The notes: generated from the letters alone by a model not told the origin. A DNA stretch of 64,000 nucleotides from an uncultured Gammaproteobacteria bacterium (GCA_964536515.1 CAZHXI010000005.1:2178-66177); one strand, 5' to 3'. Shown: positions 8,964 through 19,263, counted from the stretch's first letter. Numbers and translations: made by a program.

Positions 8964-10781
8964 CTACCGCAGCGGCCAGTCTAGCGGCAGCTCGCCGGTG
9001 AACGGGTAGTCGCCGAACAGCACATCCGCTACGCCGCCGCCCTCGGTTCCCGGCAGCCAAGCTGCCACCAGCGCATCTCCCCGAGCCGCCCTCGGCATAT
9101 CCAACGGTCGACCGGAGATAACGATGACGATGGTCTTCTCGCTCGCCGCACGTACCCGGGCAATGGCCTGCAGATCCTCCGGCGTCAGCGCGGGGTGCTC
9201 GGCGTCGCCCCAGCCCTCGGCGTACGGCGCCTCGCCCACCACGGCAATGCCCACGTCTGCCTTGGCTAGCCCGGACGTAAACATTCCATCGGGGCTGTAC
9301 TCAACCGTGGCCGTGGAGGATACCGCCTGCCGAATTGCATCTAGGATGGTGGTGCCGGGAATCCAATTGCCGTCTATGCCCTGCCACTCCACGGTCCAGC
9401 CGCCGGACTGACGGCCGAGGTTATGCGCAGATGATCCGGCGACGACGATGCGGCCTAGGTCCTTACGCAGCGGCAGCAAGCCGCCGCCGTCCTGGATAGT
9501 GACCAACGACTTCCGCACGGCCTCGCGGGCCAGCTGGCGGTGCTCGGCAGAGCCGAACTGAGCCTCCAACGAGCCGCCGGACTGACGGCCGTCGAACAGG
9601 CCAGCCGCAAACTTCGCCCGCAGGATACGCCGGACGGCGTCGTCTAGTCGCTCGGCGGAAACCTCGCCCTCGGCTATCGCCCGGCGGACGTAGCCGGTGA
9701 AAGACTTGTAGTCGTACGGCAGCATCACCATATCAACGCCCGCGTTGAGTGCGGTCACGGCGGCGCGGTACTCCCCACCCGGTATCTCGTACACGCCGTA
9801 CCAGTCCGAAACGACGAACCCGCGGAACCCGAGCTCGCCCTTCAGCACGTCCGTGAGCAGGTAGCGGCTAGCGGCTAGCTCCTCGCCGTTCCAGGTGGTG
9901 TGGCCGACCATGACGCTGGGGACGCCGGCAGCCACCGCAGCCTTGAAGGGCGGCAGGTGTACCCGCCGCAGCGTCGCCTCGTCTACGTTGGTCACGCCCT
10001 GGTCTATCTTGAAGTCTGGGTTGCCCGATGTACCCCACTCCATGTCGCCGGTGCCCACGTAGTGCTTCGCCGTGCCGATGACGGGAGCTCCCGCCGAAGC
10101 TTGCGACTGCAGACCTTCGATGTACGCTGCGCCCATCCGGCTAACCAGCGCGGCGTCGCTGCCGAACGCCTCGAACGTCCTGCCCCAGCGGGTATCCTTA
10201 ACCACGTCGATGCTCGGGCCGAAGTTCCAGTAGATGCCGGTCGCCGCCAGCTCGCGTGCGGTAGCAGCGCCGATGCGGCGCACCAGGTCCTCGTCACGGC
10301 TGGCGCCCAGGCCAATGTTGTGGGGGAATACGGTAGCGCCCAGCACGTTGGTATTGCCGTGGACCGCGTCTACGCCGTACAGCAGCGGTATACCCAGGCG
10401 GCTGCGGCGGGCGTACGCCTGGAAGTCCTCCACCATGTCGCGCCAGCCCGACGGAGTGTTCTCGTCCGGCTTTCCTCCGCCGCCGCTGAGCAGCGCACCG
10501 ATGCCGTACCTGGTAATGTCCGGCTTCCAGTGAATGCTGTTCTTCTCCACCAGGGCCATCTGGCCGATCTTCTCGTCTAGGGTCATGCAGCCGAGCAACG
10601 CCTCTACACGCTCGTCTACCGATAGGTCTGCCGAACGGTAGCGGCCGTCGCACTCGGGAGTCGAACCTGTGGGCAGCGGCATGTACCAGTGGCGGTACAG
10701 GCTGAACCCAATGGCAACGGCGGCCACGCCGAGCATTAGCCCGGCCCTAGCCCAGTCGCCACGACGATGGAAGAATCGCAT
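8964..10781 (-). CDS. glycoside hydrolase family 3 (beta-glucosidase/beta-hexosaminidase-like) with an N-terminal membrane anchor
   Basis: FRGFVVSDW and KHYVG motifs characteristic of GH3; N-terminal TM helix. Confidence 0.8.
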   Translation of the reverse strand: MRFFHRRGDWARAGLMLGVAAVAIGFSLYRHWYMPLPTGSTPECDGRYRSADLSVDERVEALLGCMTLDEKIGQMALVEKNSIHWKPDITRYGIGALLSGGGGKPDENTPSGWRDMVEDFQAYARRSRLGIPLLYGVDAVHGNTNVLGATVFPHNIGLGASRDEDLVRRIGAATARELAATGIYWNFGPSIDVVKDTRWGRTFEAFGSDAALVSRMGAAYIEGLQSQASAGAPVIGTAKHYVGTGDMEWGTSGNPDFKIDQGVTNVDEATLRRVHLPPFKAAVAAGVPSVMVGHTTWNGEELAASRYLLTDVLKGELGFRGFVVSDWYGVYEIPGGEYRAAVTALNAGVDMVMLPYDYKSFTGYVRRAIAEGEVSAERLDDAVRRILRAKFAAGLFDGRQSGGSLEAQFGSAEHRQLAREAVRKSLVTIQDGGGLLPLRKDLGRIVVAGSSAHNLGRQSGGWTVEWQGIDGNWIPGTTILDAIRQAVSSTATVEYSPDGMFTSGLAKADVGIAVVGEAPYAEGWGDAEHPALTPEDLQAIARVRAASEKTIVIVISGRPLDMPRAARGDALVAAWLPGTEGGGVADVLFGDYPFTGELPLDWPLR

Positions 10782-10835
10782 ACCGGGTAGTATACGTTGA
10801 ATAGCCGTTCAGCGGCGAACCGCGGCTTAGCCTCG

Positions 10836-10918
10836 TACCCCTCTCGTCCCACCCAACAATACAAAAATGCCGGACCGCAGGGGTCCGTCACTTTTGTATG
10901 GCTCCGGGGGTGGGACTC
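10836..10918. repeat. 83-nt direct-repeat copy A: tRNA-Asn 3'-end fragment (20 nt) plus the downstream terminator hairpin
   Basis: Identical (1 mismatch) to 11013..11095, read directly; it produced duplicated peptides in two artefactual ORFs. Confidence 0.8.
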
Positions 10919-11012
10919 CTGCTCCCCCGCTGCTCGCTACTTGCTCCGCGCGTGCTCGCAGCTCCGCCGCAGCCCGGGTGCTTCGCCGAGTGCCACCGGC
11001 ACTCGTCTCAGC

Positions 11013-11095
11013 TACCCTTCTCGTCCCACCCAACAATACAAAAATGCCGGACCGCAGGGGTCCGTCACTTTTGTATGGCTCCGGGGGTGGGACTC
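11013..11095. repeat. 83-nt direct-repeat copy B (overlaps the genuine tRNA-Asn 3' end and its terminator)
   Basis: See copy A. Confidence 0.8.
11030..11076 (-). terminator. bidirectional terminator hairpin (CCGGACCGCAGGGGTCCG) with T-runs on both strands, downstream of tRNA-Asn
   Basis: Stem-loop flanked by CAAAAAT / TTTTGTAT. Confidence 0.5.
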
Positions 11096-11150
11096 GAACC
11101 CACGACCAATTGGTTAACAGCCAACTGCTCTACCGCTGAGCTACCCCGGA
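11076..11150 (-). tRNA. tRNA-Asn (anticodon GTT), CCA encoded
   Basis: Cloverleaf folded manually: acceptor TCCGGGG/CCCCGGA, anticodon loop CTGTTAA, T-loop GTTCGAG. Confidence 0.85.
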
Positions 11151-11210
11151 ATAGGCAACCAATATACTCACGGTTGGCCCGCGCCGCAAGGCTCCGGAGG
11201 CTCGATGCCC

Positions 11211-11702
11211 CTACTGTCCCGCGTTCACCTCGTCTTCAGCCTGCTTCGCCAGCTCCAGCAGCGCCTCGGTCTCTTCGGCCGACAGATCCCTGGGCTTGGT
11301 ATCCTTCACGCAGAAAACGCCCACGGGCTGCTTCGTCTTCCGGTCGCACAGGGCCATGCCAGCGTAGAAGCGAATGTGGGGGTCGCCCACCACCATCGGA
11401 TTATCGGCGAACCGGGGATCCTCCAGCGTGTCGGGAACCACGAACAGGTACTTGGCCATCATGGCGTGGCCACAGAAGGAGATATCGCGATCGCCCTGCT
11501 TTACCATGGTACCCTGGCACGACTTGTAGTACTCACGGTCCCTATCCAGGATCGACACCGTGCTAATCGGCACATTCAGCTTCTCCAGCGCAGCGGCGGT
11601 AATGCGGTCGAACCGTTCCTCGGGCGGCGTATCTAGCAGCCCCAAGCGGTGGACCGCCTCTAGCCGAGCGCCCTCGTCTGCGGGAATTGGAGCATGCTCC
11701 AT
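11211..11702 (-). CDS. stand-alone GAF-domain protein
   Basis: 163 aa; GAF-like core with no output domain. Confidence 0.6.
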   Translation of the reverse strand: MEHAPIPADEGARLEAVHRLGLLDTPPEERFDRITAAALEKLNVPISTVSILDRDREYYKSCQGTMVKQGDRDISFCGHAMMAKYLFVVPDTLEDPRFADNPMVVGDPHIRFYAGMALCDRKTKQPVGVFCVKDTKPRDLSAEETEALLELAKQAEDEVNAGQ

Positions 11703-11715
11703 AGGTTGATTTTGG

Positions 11716-12201
11716 TTACTGAATTTTATCGTTGGGAATGACGGTCTCGATGCCCACGTACAGCTTCACCTCGCCGCCGGCGTCGAGGATGGGCGAAATG
11801 CGCAGCTGGGCGTGGTAGATGGTTCCATCGCGACGTCGGTTCTTAACCATCACGCTCGCCGACTGCTTCAGGTCCTTTATCTGGTGCCACAGCGCGGCGT
11901 AGAAATCCTGCGGCATCTGCTTGCCCCACAGCGCGGGCGTCTTGCCGATGACCTCGACGAGGGGATAGCCAGTTACCTCTTCAACCAGGCTGTTGGCGTA
12001 CAGGATGATGCCCTCCGGACTGGTGACCACCACCTGGTCCGTCATGCCCTCGAAGACGGAGTTCAGCTCGCCGCAGCGGCCGCACTTAATGTGCAGCGTG
12101 GCGCTGGCAAGGTCGCCCTTGGCCAGCAGCTTGCCGCACGAACGGCACCGGTGCTCGGTGTCGCCGCTCTCTCCGCTAGCTTGGTCCTCTTCTGGGCTCA
12201 T
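11716..12201 (-). CDS. N-terminal zinc-ribbon (CxxC..CxxC) plus PAS-domain protein
   Basis: CRSCG...CGRCG ribbon followed by a PAS-like fold; 13 bp upstream of the GAF gene. Confidence 0.6.
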   Translation of the reverse strand: MSPEEDQASGESGDTEHRCRSCGKLLAKGDLASATLHIKCGRCGELNSVFEGMTDQVVVTSPEGIILYANSLVEEVTGYPLVEVIGKTPALWGKQMPQDFYAALWHQIKDLKQSASVMVKNRRRDGTIYHAQLRISPILDAGGEVKLYVGIETVIPNDKIQ

Positions 12202-12248
12202 TGAAGTTGAGATTACACCTCGAGCTTCGCTGAGCTTCTGCGTGAAGC

Positions 12249-12893
12249 TTAGCTGCCGTACCCGGATCCGTCAAAGAGCCGTAGGGGGTCAATCCATTCC
12301 GCCAGGCTCTCGTCGGCGGAAACGTACCCACGTACGTTGGCATCAGCTCCGCGGTGGATGCCCAGGTGCAGGTGCTTACGCTCGCCGCCTGTTTCAGCCG
12401 ATCCCCCGGTGCCCAGCACGCCGAGAGCGTCGCCCGTCGCCAGGCGATCGCCAGCCTTTGCCGTGATGCTGGAGAGGCGCAGGTGGCCGTACACGACGGT
12501 AACCGGATCGCCACGCCGCTCACACGACTGCACCGCTACCCCGCCGTAGCCGCTGGCCGTACGGACAGACAGCAGCGGCCCGGCGCAGACGGCGCGAACC
12601 GGAACGTCTACGTTCGCCTCCTCCGGGAACGTCTCGTAGTCCACGCCGGTGTGGTAGCCGCTGAACCGTTCGGGCTGCACCGGCGAATCCTGCGGCGTAA
12701 CGTACGTTCCGAATCGCTTCTTGGTTACGCGCTCGGCGGCACCGTCTAGGGGCTGGATGAATGCGGCGGCGGACGACGTTGCCGCGGGCTGCGCCTGCTC
12801 CTCCGGAACCGGAGTCGGAGCTGCCGCAGGCACATCAGAACGCCCACACCCGAGCAGTACCATAGCTACAGAGGCAACCAGTAGGACCTTCAT
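12249..12893 (-). CDS. M23 family metallopeptidase lipoprotein
   Basis: Lipobox LLGCG; HxxxD...HLHLGIH M23 motifs. Confidence 0.75.
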   Translation of the reverse strand: MKVLLVASVAMVLLGCGRSDVPAAAPTPVPEEQAQPAATSSAAAFIQPLDGAAERVTKKRFGTYVTPQDSPVQPERFSGYHTGVDYETFPEEANVDVPVRAVCAGPLLSVRTASGYGGVAVQSCERRGDPVTVVYGHLRLSSITAKAGDRLATGDALGVLGTGGSAETGGERKHLHLGIHRGADANVRGYVSADESLAEWIDPLRLFDGSGYGS

Positions 12894-12943
12894 GGCCCCA
12901 GTATACCTTGCCCAGTCCCGCTGCCCGCCCCATACTCATGCGC

Positions 12944-14035
12944 ATGAAACAGACGTACGGCTACGACCTCCCCCAGCGGCTGGTGGCAACCCAGCCGGCT
13001 TCGCCACGCGACAGCGCCAAGCTGCTGGTATACCGTACCGAGACGGACGAGGTAATTCTGGATACCTTCCGGAACCTTGGCCGGTACCTGCCGTCCAAGT
13101 CGCTCCTCGTCTTCAACGACACCAAGGTGCTGCCCGCCCGGCTGCCGCTGGAGAAGACGACGGGCGGCATCGTCAACGCGCTGCTGCTGCTGAACGAGGT
13201 CCAGCCGAAGGATGCGACGGTACGCGCGATGGTAGATAGGAAGGTAACCGTCGGCGAGGAGCTGCACGTAGGCCCGTACCGCTTCAGCGTCGTGGGGCAG
13301 GATGCGCACGTCTTCACCCTCCGGCCGCGCTTCGCCATGGCTGAGCTCAACGACGTCGCCACCCGCTACGGCCGCACACCAATTCCGCCGTACCTGAAGG
13401 CAACCAGCCTGCCCGAGGCTGAGCTGCGCAAGAAGTACCAGAGCATCTTCGCCGAGAACCCGGCGTCCGTTGCTGCCCCCACGGCTAGCCTCCACTTCAC
13501 GCCCCGGCTAATGGGTAGCCTAAGCCGGAGCGGGATTGCCCGCGCATCGGTTACCCTGCACGTGGGCAGCGGCACATTCGCGCCGCTGACGGACGAGAAC
13601 CTGCGAACCAAGAAGCTATTCCGGGAATTCTGGGAGCTGTCGACCCGAGAGGCGGCGAGGATCAACGCAGCGAGACGCTCTGGGCGCCCGGTGATTGCCG
13701 TGGGGACAACGGCCACGCGAGCGCTGGAGTCAGCACTTCCCTACCTCCCCCCTGCCCGAGGGGGGATTAAGGGGGGTGGGAGCAAAGGGGAGATGCCCGC
13801 GGGGCAGAGGGGGTCCAAAGGATCTACGCAGCTCTTCATTACCCCGGGCTACAAATTCCATGCCATCGACGGGCTCATCACCAACTTCCACTTACCCGGC
13901 TCGTCGCTGATGTACCTGGTAGACGCCTTCCTGCAGCACCGGGGAGCACGGCGATCCATTCTCGATCTGTACGCCCTGGCTATCCGCAACGATTTTCGGT
14001 TCTATTCATTCGGCGACGGAATGGTAATCCTGTAG
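12944..14035 (+). CDS. queA: S-adenosylmethionine:tRNA ribosyltransferase-isomerase QueA (with a Gly/Lys-rich insertion)
   Basis: Conserved QueA N-terminus MKQTYGYDLPQRLVA and C-terminus FYSFGDGM; the ORF in the track starts at 12908. Confidence 0.85.
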   Translation: MKQTYGYDLPQRLVATQPASPRDSAKLLVYRTETDEVILDTFRNLGRYLPSKSLLVFNDTKVLPARLPLEKTTGGIVNALLLLNEVQPKDATVRAMVDRKVTVGEELHVGPYRFSVVGQDAHVFTLRPRFAMAELNDVATRYGRTPIPPYLKATSLPEAELRKKYQSIFAENPASVAAPTASLHFTPRLMGSLSRSGIARASVTLHVGSGTFAPLTDENLRTKKLFREFWELSTREAARINAARRSGRPVIAVGTTATRALESALPYLPPARGGIKGGGSKGEMPAGQRGSKGSTQLFITPGYKFHAIDGLITNFHLPGSSLMYLVDAFLQHRGARRSILDLYALAIRNDFRFYSFGDGMVIL

Positions 14036-14067
14036 GCTGCGGCGGGCGACGACGTAGACGGAACGAC

Positions 14068-14096
14068 GTAGGGACGTTGCAATGCAACGTCCCTAC
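14068..14096. terminator. bidirectional terminator hairpin (13-bp perfect stem GTAGGGACGTTGC/GCAACGTCCCTAC) between the convergent queA and copA
   Basis: Perfect palindrome with no strong T-run. Confidence 0.45.
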
Positions 14097-14119
14097 CCCG
14101 ATCGCAACCGAAACCGAAC

Positions 14120-16318
14120 CTAACGTAATTCCAGGTGTGTCCGCCGCAGCCGTAGGCTATTCAGCACCACGCTGACGCTGGAGAAAGCCATGGCGCCGCC
14201 CGCGATGATCGGGTTCAACAGGCCGAGTGCAGCCAACGGGATGCCAACCACGTTGTAGATGAAAGCCCAGAACAGATTCTGGCGGATGGCGCGGAACGTG
14301 GCACGTGAGAGCGCCAGCGCCTCCACCACCTTCAGCGGGTTGCCCTGCACCAGCACGAGGTCGCCCGCCTCAATGGCGATGTCGGTACCGGTACCCATGG
14401 CAATGCCCAAGTCTGCCTGGGCTAGCGCCGGGGCATCGTTAATGCCGTCGCCCACGAACGCCACCTTGGCACCGCCAGCCTGCAGCTCGCGGACGCGCTC
14501 GAGCTTATCGGCCGGCTGGACCCGGGCGAATACCTGCGAGATGCCCACGGCGGCGGCAATGGCGCGACCCGTTGCCTCGTTGTCGCCGGTGACCATGGCC
14601 GTGCGGACGCCGGCCGCGTGCAGCTGCGCCACCGCAGCCGCAGCCTCCGGCTTAACCGGGTCGGCAATGGCAATGAGGCCCAGTAGGCTGCCGCCCCTGG
14701 CCACGCCGACCACGGTCTTGGCGGCGGCCTCCATCTCTGCCGCACGCGCGGCAAGCGTGGACGAATCTACCCCGCGGCTACCGAGGAACCGCAGGCTGCC
14801 GACTGCTGCCTCTTTGCCCTCAACGGTCGCCGCCACGCCGCCGCCGGCGGTATTCTGGAACTGGCTCACCGGCAGCAGCCCCAGGCTCCGCTCCTCCGCG
14901 GCACCCAGAATTGCCTGCGCCAACGGGTGCGAGGAGCCGTGCTCCACGCTGGCGGCCAGCTGGATGACGTCGCCGTCCGAAGACCCGCTCGCCGCCACCA
15001 CCGCATCCACCGCTGGCTTGCCCATGGTGAGCGTGCCCGTCTTGTCGAGGAGGACAACGCTCACCCCCCGCGCCTTCTCGAACGACTCGCCGCTCTTGAT
15101 GAGCACGCCCCGCTGAGCCCCGCGGCCGGTGCCCACCATAATAGCCGTCGGGGTAGCCAAGCCGAGCGCGCACGGGCAGGCAATAACCAGCACGGCTACA
15201 GCTGGTATGACCGCCGTGGTCCAGTCACCCGTTGCCAGCCACCAGCCCACGGCCGTCAGCAGGGCGATGCCCAAGACAATGGGCACGAACACTGCCGAGA
15301 TGCGGTCGGCCAGCTTCTGGATGGGCGCCTTGTGCGTCTGCGCATCGCTCACCATCTTAACCATCTGAGCCAGCACCGTGCCGGCACCGGTGGCCGTAAC
15401 CTGCACGTGCAGCAGCCCGTCTACGTTCACCGTTGCACCAACGACCGCATCGCCGACCCGCTTGCGCACGGGCATGCTCTCGCCGGTAATCATAGATTCA
15501 TCCAGCGATGCCTCGCCGCTCGTTATACGGCCGTCCACCGGCACCTTCTCGCCCGGCCGTACCACCACGGTGTCGCCGACCTTAACCTGCTCTATTAGCA
15601 CCTCGTGCTCCACGCCATTCACCAGCACGCGGGCGGTCTTGGCGCCCAGCTCCAGCAGCGCCTGGATAGCAGCGCTGGCCCGCCCCCTACTTGCAGCCTC
15701 AAAAAATCGGCCCAGTAGGATGAGCGCCACAATGACCGCGCCGGTCTCGAAGTACATCTCTGCCCGGCTCGCCAGCAGCGCCCACCAGCTGAACGCCAGC
15801 GCCGCCAGGGTACCGAGCGAGATGAGCGTATCCATATCTGCGGCGCGCCGCCGAATTGCCCGAACCAAGCCGACGTGGAACTGCCAGCCCAGAACGACGA
15901 TGGTCACCGTAGCCAGCACCGCGACGATCCAGACGCTGGTGGTCATCCCGCCGAACTGGCCGGGCAGCTCGATGCCCGCCATAGCCAGCACGGCGACCGG
16001 CAGAGCCAACGCCATTGCAACGAAAGCTTTGGTTCGTGCGCCGCTGACCTCATCTGCCTCCGGCGCTCCCCCGTGGTGGCTGTGATCGCCGCCGGCGCCG
16101 TGGCCCATGTGCCCCGCCACCTTGTACCCGTTCGCCTCTACCGCAGCGTGCAGCCGGTGCTCGGATACCTGCGACTCATCGTACTCCACGGTAGCAGTTC
16201 GCAGCGGCAGGTTTACGCTCGCCCGTTTAACCCCCGGAACATCCAGCAGGCTCTGCTCGTTACGCAGCACGCACGAGGCGCAGTGCATGCCCTGAATTGA
16301 GAACGTTATCTCTTTCAT
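14120..16318 (-). CDS. copA: copper-translocating P1B-type ATPase CopA
   Basis: N-terminal HMA motif [11 protein letters not shown] in TM6, [17 protein letters not shown]. Confidence 0.9.
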   Translation of the reverse strand: MKEITFSIQGMHCASCVLRNEQSLLDVPGVKRASVNLPLRTATVEYDESQVSEHRLHAAVEANGYKVAGHMGHGAGGDHSHHGGAPEADEVSGARTKAFVAMALALPVAVLAMAGIELPGQFGGMTTSVWIVAVLATVTIVVLGWQFHVGLVRAIRRRAADMDTLISLGTLAALAFSWWALLASRAEMYFETGAVIVALILLGRFFEAASRGRASAAIQALLELGAKTARVLVNGVEHEVLIEQVKVGDTVVVRPGEKVPVDGRITSGEASLDESMITGESMPVRKRVGDAVVGATVNVDGLLHVQVTATGAGTVLAQMVKMVSDAQTHKAPIQKLADRISAVFVPIVLGIALLTAVGWWLATGDWTTAVIPAVAVLVIACPCALGLATPTAIMVGTGRGAQRGVLIKSGESFEKARGVSVVLLDKTGTLTMGKPAVDAVVAASGSSDGDVIQLAASVEHGSSHPLAQAILGAAEERSLGLLPVSQFQNTAGGGVAATVEGKEAAVGSLRFLGSRGVDSSTLAARAAEMEAAAKTVVGVARGGSLLGLIAIADPVKPEAAAAVAQLHAAGVRTAMVTGDNEATGRAIAAAVGISQVFARVQPADKLERVRELQAGGAKVAFVGDGINDAPALAQADLGIAMGTGTDIAIEAGDLVLVQGNPLKVVEALALSRATFRAIRQNLFWAFIYNVVGIPLAALGLLNPIIAGGAMAFSSVSVVLNSLRLRRTHLELR

Positions 16319-16324
16319 ATGCCT

Positions 16325-17494
16325 CTAGATGACCAGGAACTGCGCGCCGGGCGTAGTCATGCCCATGCTGCAGCTGAAGGGAATTATGCCTGGACGGGTG
16401 GGCGTGAAGCGGACCACCGTTACCCCGCGGGGCTTGAGCAGCTCCTGCACCCCGGCGGCCCGGGCGACGATGACGCGGGCGCAGCCGGCAGCTTCGCTGC
16501 CGTCTATACGCCACTCCACCGGCACGCCCGCCCGAACGGTGAATACTGCTGGCTCGTAGTCGTAATCTACCACCTTCATCTCTACGACCTGCACCCCGTC
16601 CCGCGCCACAGCTGCGGCTGCCGGCCACGCAGAATCTGGACGAGATAGGGCGGGCACGGGCCAGCCAGCGGCAGCCCAGCCCGCGCGGAAGTTGAACACG
16701 CCCAAGACGAGGACCAGCACAGCCGCAGCTGCCGAAGCGTACCGCTGCCACCGTCCGGTGCCGAAGCTAGCAGCCGCGCCCAGCGCCAGTAGGCCAGGCG
16801 TGGTGCCGAGGGCGAAGGCGCCCAGCAGCAGCGCGCCCTGGGTAGGGCTGCCGAGGGTGAGCACGTACAGCTGCATTGCCTGCGTGAAGCCGCAGGGCAG
16901 GAAGAACGTCAGGCTGCCGCCCAGGAAGACGCCCCAGGCGCCGCTGCCCCGCATCCGGTAGACCCGTGCGGCCAGCCACTTGGGTGGCCGTGGCTGCAGC
17001 CGCTGCAGCCACGGCCAGCTGCCGATCATATTCAGGCCGGTGATGACCATCAGCGCGCCGACTACCAGGGTGAAGATGCCCGCGGCAGCCGGAGACAGGG
17101 TGATCGCCGAGCCGACCAAGCCAACGAGCGCGCCGAATCCGGCGTACCCCACGACACGGCCGAAGTTGAATAGAACGTGGGGACGGAAACGCTGCTGGCC
17201 AGTCAGCTCCGGATGCGCCTGACGGTAGCGGCTAGCTGCGGCTAGCACCAAGCTGCCGGTTACAGCGGCACAGGTAGAGACAGACGCGATTAGCCCGAGG
17301 ATGATTGCCGCACCGAAGCCGGTACCAGCACCGACCCCGACGCTATCCGGCAAGATATTGGCGGCGCGCAGGATAAGGTAGAGCGCCAGCAGCGCCACGG
17401 CTGCGCCGCCGACCTCCAGCCAGCGTCGTCCGTGCGCCGGGGAGCACCCTAAGTTCACATTTGGATCATTCTGCATACGGTAAATGAAAGCCAC
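16325..17494 (-). CDS. DsbD_2/CcdA-like thiol-disulfide or metal permease fused to a C-terminal cupredoxin-like domain
   Basis: ~8 TM with paired Cys (STCAA, FLPCG) and a beta-rich C-terminus (FTVRAGVPVEWRIDG...CSMGM); 6 bp upstream of copA. Confidence 0.45.
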   Translation of the reverse strand: MAFIYRMQNDPNVNLGCSPAHGRRWLEVGGAAVALLALYLILRAANILPDSVGVGAGTGFGAAIILGLIASVSTCAAVTGSLVLAAASRYRQAHPELTGQQRFRPHVLFNFGRVVGYAGFGALVGLVGSAITLSPAAAGIFTLVVGALMVITGLNMIGSWPWLQRLQPRPPKWLAARVYRMRGSGAWGVFLGGSLTFFLPCGFTQAMQLYVLTLGSPTQGALLLGAFALGTTPGLLALGAAASFGTGRWQRYASAAAAVLVLVLGVFNFRAGWAAAGWPVPALSRPDSAWPAAAAVARDGVQVVEMKVVDYDYEPAVFTVRAGVPVEWRIDGSEAAGCARVIVARAAGVQELLKPRGVTVVRFTPTRPGIIPFSCSMGMTTPGAQFLVI

Positions 17495-17536
17495 GGATTA
17501 AGTGGATGCACGCCGAGCAGCGAAGAGCTGCTACGG

Positions 17537-17956
17537 CTACCGTACTGCGACGAATAGTTTAGGATTCAAGATGCCGTCCGACAGCATCTCATCTAGGTAG
17601 CTAGCGCCGGGTGGACGGAACCGCTGCCGTTGGAACCGAACGTCTACCAGCAGCGGCGCAGCGACCGCAGCCAGCGGCGCCACGACGATTGCGAGTACCA
17701 AGGCTGCCAGGATACCGAGGTGGATGCTGGCCGCGGGCGTGCTGCGCAGCTGGTCCTGCCACCAGGCCAGGTGCTCGCCTACGTCCATGCCCATGCTGGA
17801 TCCGCAGCCGTGGCAGTGCTCTGGCTCGTGGCTAGCCATAGCTACGCACCAGCGCAAGCCGACGGTCGCCAGCGCAATTAGCGCTGCCGTAGCCACTAGG
17901 GTAGCCCACCTGGGTGCCATTTTTTCTCGCATAGCACCACCACTATACACCGGCAT
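17537..17956 (-). CDS. small membrane protein with a His/Cys-rich putative metal-binding loop
   Basis: HEPEHCHGCGSSMGMDVGEH lies between two TM helices; first gene of the putative copper operon. Confidence 0.35.
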   Translation of the reverse strand: MPVYSGGAMREKMAPRWATLVATAALIALATVGLRWCVAMASHEPEHCHGCGSSMGMDVGEHLAWWQDQLRSTPAASIHLGILAALVLAIVVAPLAAVAAPLLVDVRFQRQRFRPPGASYLDEMLSDGILNPKLFVAVR

Positions 17957-18000
17957 ATGTCCAGGGCAACAATTGCCATACCCGCCCCGTCCGGTATAGT

Positions 18001-19263
18001 TTGGAGGCTATGCGGCAGACACACCTATTCACCAAGACACGCAAGGATGCTCCCTCCGACGAGCAGTCCCCCAACGCCAAGCTGCTCATCCGCGGAGGCT
18101 ACGTGCACAAGAGCCTGGCCGGGGTCTACTCCTTCCTGCCCCTGGGCCTGCGCGTGCTTAACAAGGTCAACGCCATTATCCGGCGCGAGATGGACGCCAT
18201 TGGGGGCCAAGAGGTTAGCCTGGCCAGCCTGCAGGACCCCGAGCTATGGAAGAAGACGAACCGCTGGGATGACGCCGCCGTAGACGCCTGGTTCAAGACC
18301 AGCCTCAAGAGCAAAGCTGAGCTTGGCCTAGCCTTCACCCACGAGGAGCCGCTGACGCAGCTGATGCGCGACCACATTAGCTCGTACCGCGACCTGCCGC
18401 AGTTCGTTTACCAAATCCAAACCAAGTTCCGCAACGAGGCGCGCGCCAAGAGCGGCCTGATGCGCACCCGCGAGTTCCTGATGAAGGACCTGTACTCGTT
18501 CAGCGCCACCGAGGCCGAGCTAGACGAGTTCTACGAGAAGGCCAAGGCAGCCTACATGAACGTCTTCAACGCCGTGGGCCTGGGCGAGAAGACCTTCGTC
18601 ACCTTCGCCAGCGGCGGAGCCTTCAGCAAATTCTCGCACGAGTTCCAGACGCTATGCGAGAGCGGCGAGGATACCATCTACCTCTCCGAGGACAGGAAGA
18701 TCGCCATCAACGCCGAGGTAATGGACGAGGCGGTGCTGGCCGAACTGGGCTTGGACAAGCGACACCTTAAGGAGGTGAAGGCTATCGAGGTCGGCAACAT
18801 CTTCAAGCTCGGCACGCGTTTCTCGCAGGCCATTGGCTTGAACTTCGTTAACCAGGACGGCGCCAACCAGCCGGTGGTTATGGGTAGCTACGGCATTGGC
18901 CCAGCCCGTGTGCTGGCCACGGTGGCCGAGCTGCACGCCGACGCGAAGGGTTTGGTGTGGCCGGAGTCTATCGCGCCGTTCAAGGTTCACCTGCTGTGCC
19001 TGGCGCCCGAGAAGGCAGAGGTGGCCAAAGCAGCAGACGAGCTGTACGCCAGCCTGCAGACCGCCGGGGTCGAGGTGCTGTACGACGACCGCATGGCCAG
19101 CGCCGGCGCCAAGTTCGCGGAGGCTGACCTAATGGGTATGCCGTGGCGCGTTGTAGTTTCCGAGAAGACCCTGGCCCAGCAGTCCGTTGAATTGAAGCGC
19201 CGTACCGAGGAGAAGGCCGAGCTGGTGAAGCTGGCCGACGCCGTGCGCACGTTGGTAGCCTAG
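18001..19263 (+). CDS. proS: prolyl-tRNA synthetase (short, archaeal/eukaryal-like form)
   Basis: Class II aaRS motifs; 420 aa. Confidence 0.85.
   Translation: MEAMRQTHLFTKTRKDAPSDEQSPNAKLLIRGGYVHKSLAGVYSFLPLGLRVLNKVNAIIRREMDAIGGQEVSLASLQDPELWKKTNRWDDAAVDAWFKTSLKSKAELGLAFTHEEPLTQLMRDHISSYRDLPQFVYQIQTKFRNEARAKSGLMRTREFLMKDLYSFSATEAELDEFYEKAKAAYMNVFNAVGLGEKTFVTFASGGAFSKFSHEFQTLCESGEDTIYLSEDRKIAINAEVMDEAVLAELGLDKRHLKEVKAIEVGNIFKLGTRFSQAIGLNFVNQDGANQPVVMGSYGIGPARVLATVAELHADAKGLVWPESIAPFKVHLLCLAPEKAEVAKAADELYASLQTAGVEVLYDDRMASAGAKFAEADLMGMPWRVVVSEKTLAQQSVELKRRTEEKAELVKLADAVRTLVA

Noticed and set aside
10797-11566. ORFs 10797..11117, 10867..11139 and 10898..11566 with duplicated peptide segments
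   Set aside because: These are artefacts of the 83-nt DNA direct repeat and read through tRNA-Asn and its terminator; they are not protein-coding.
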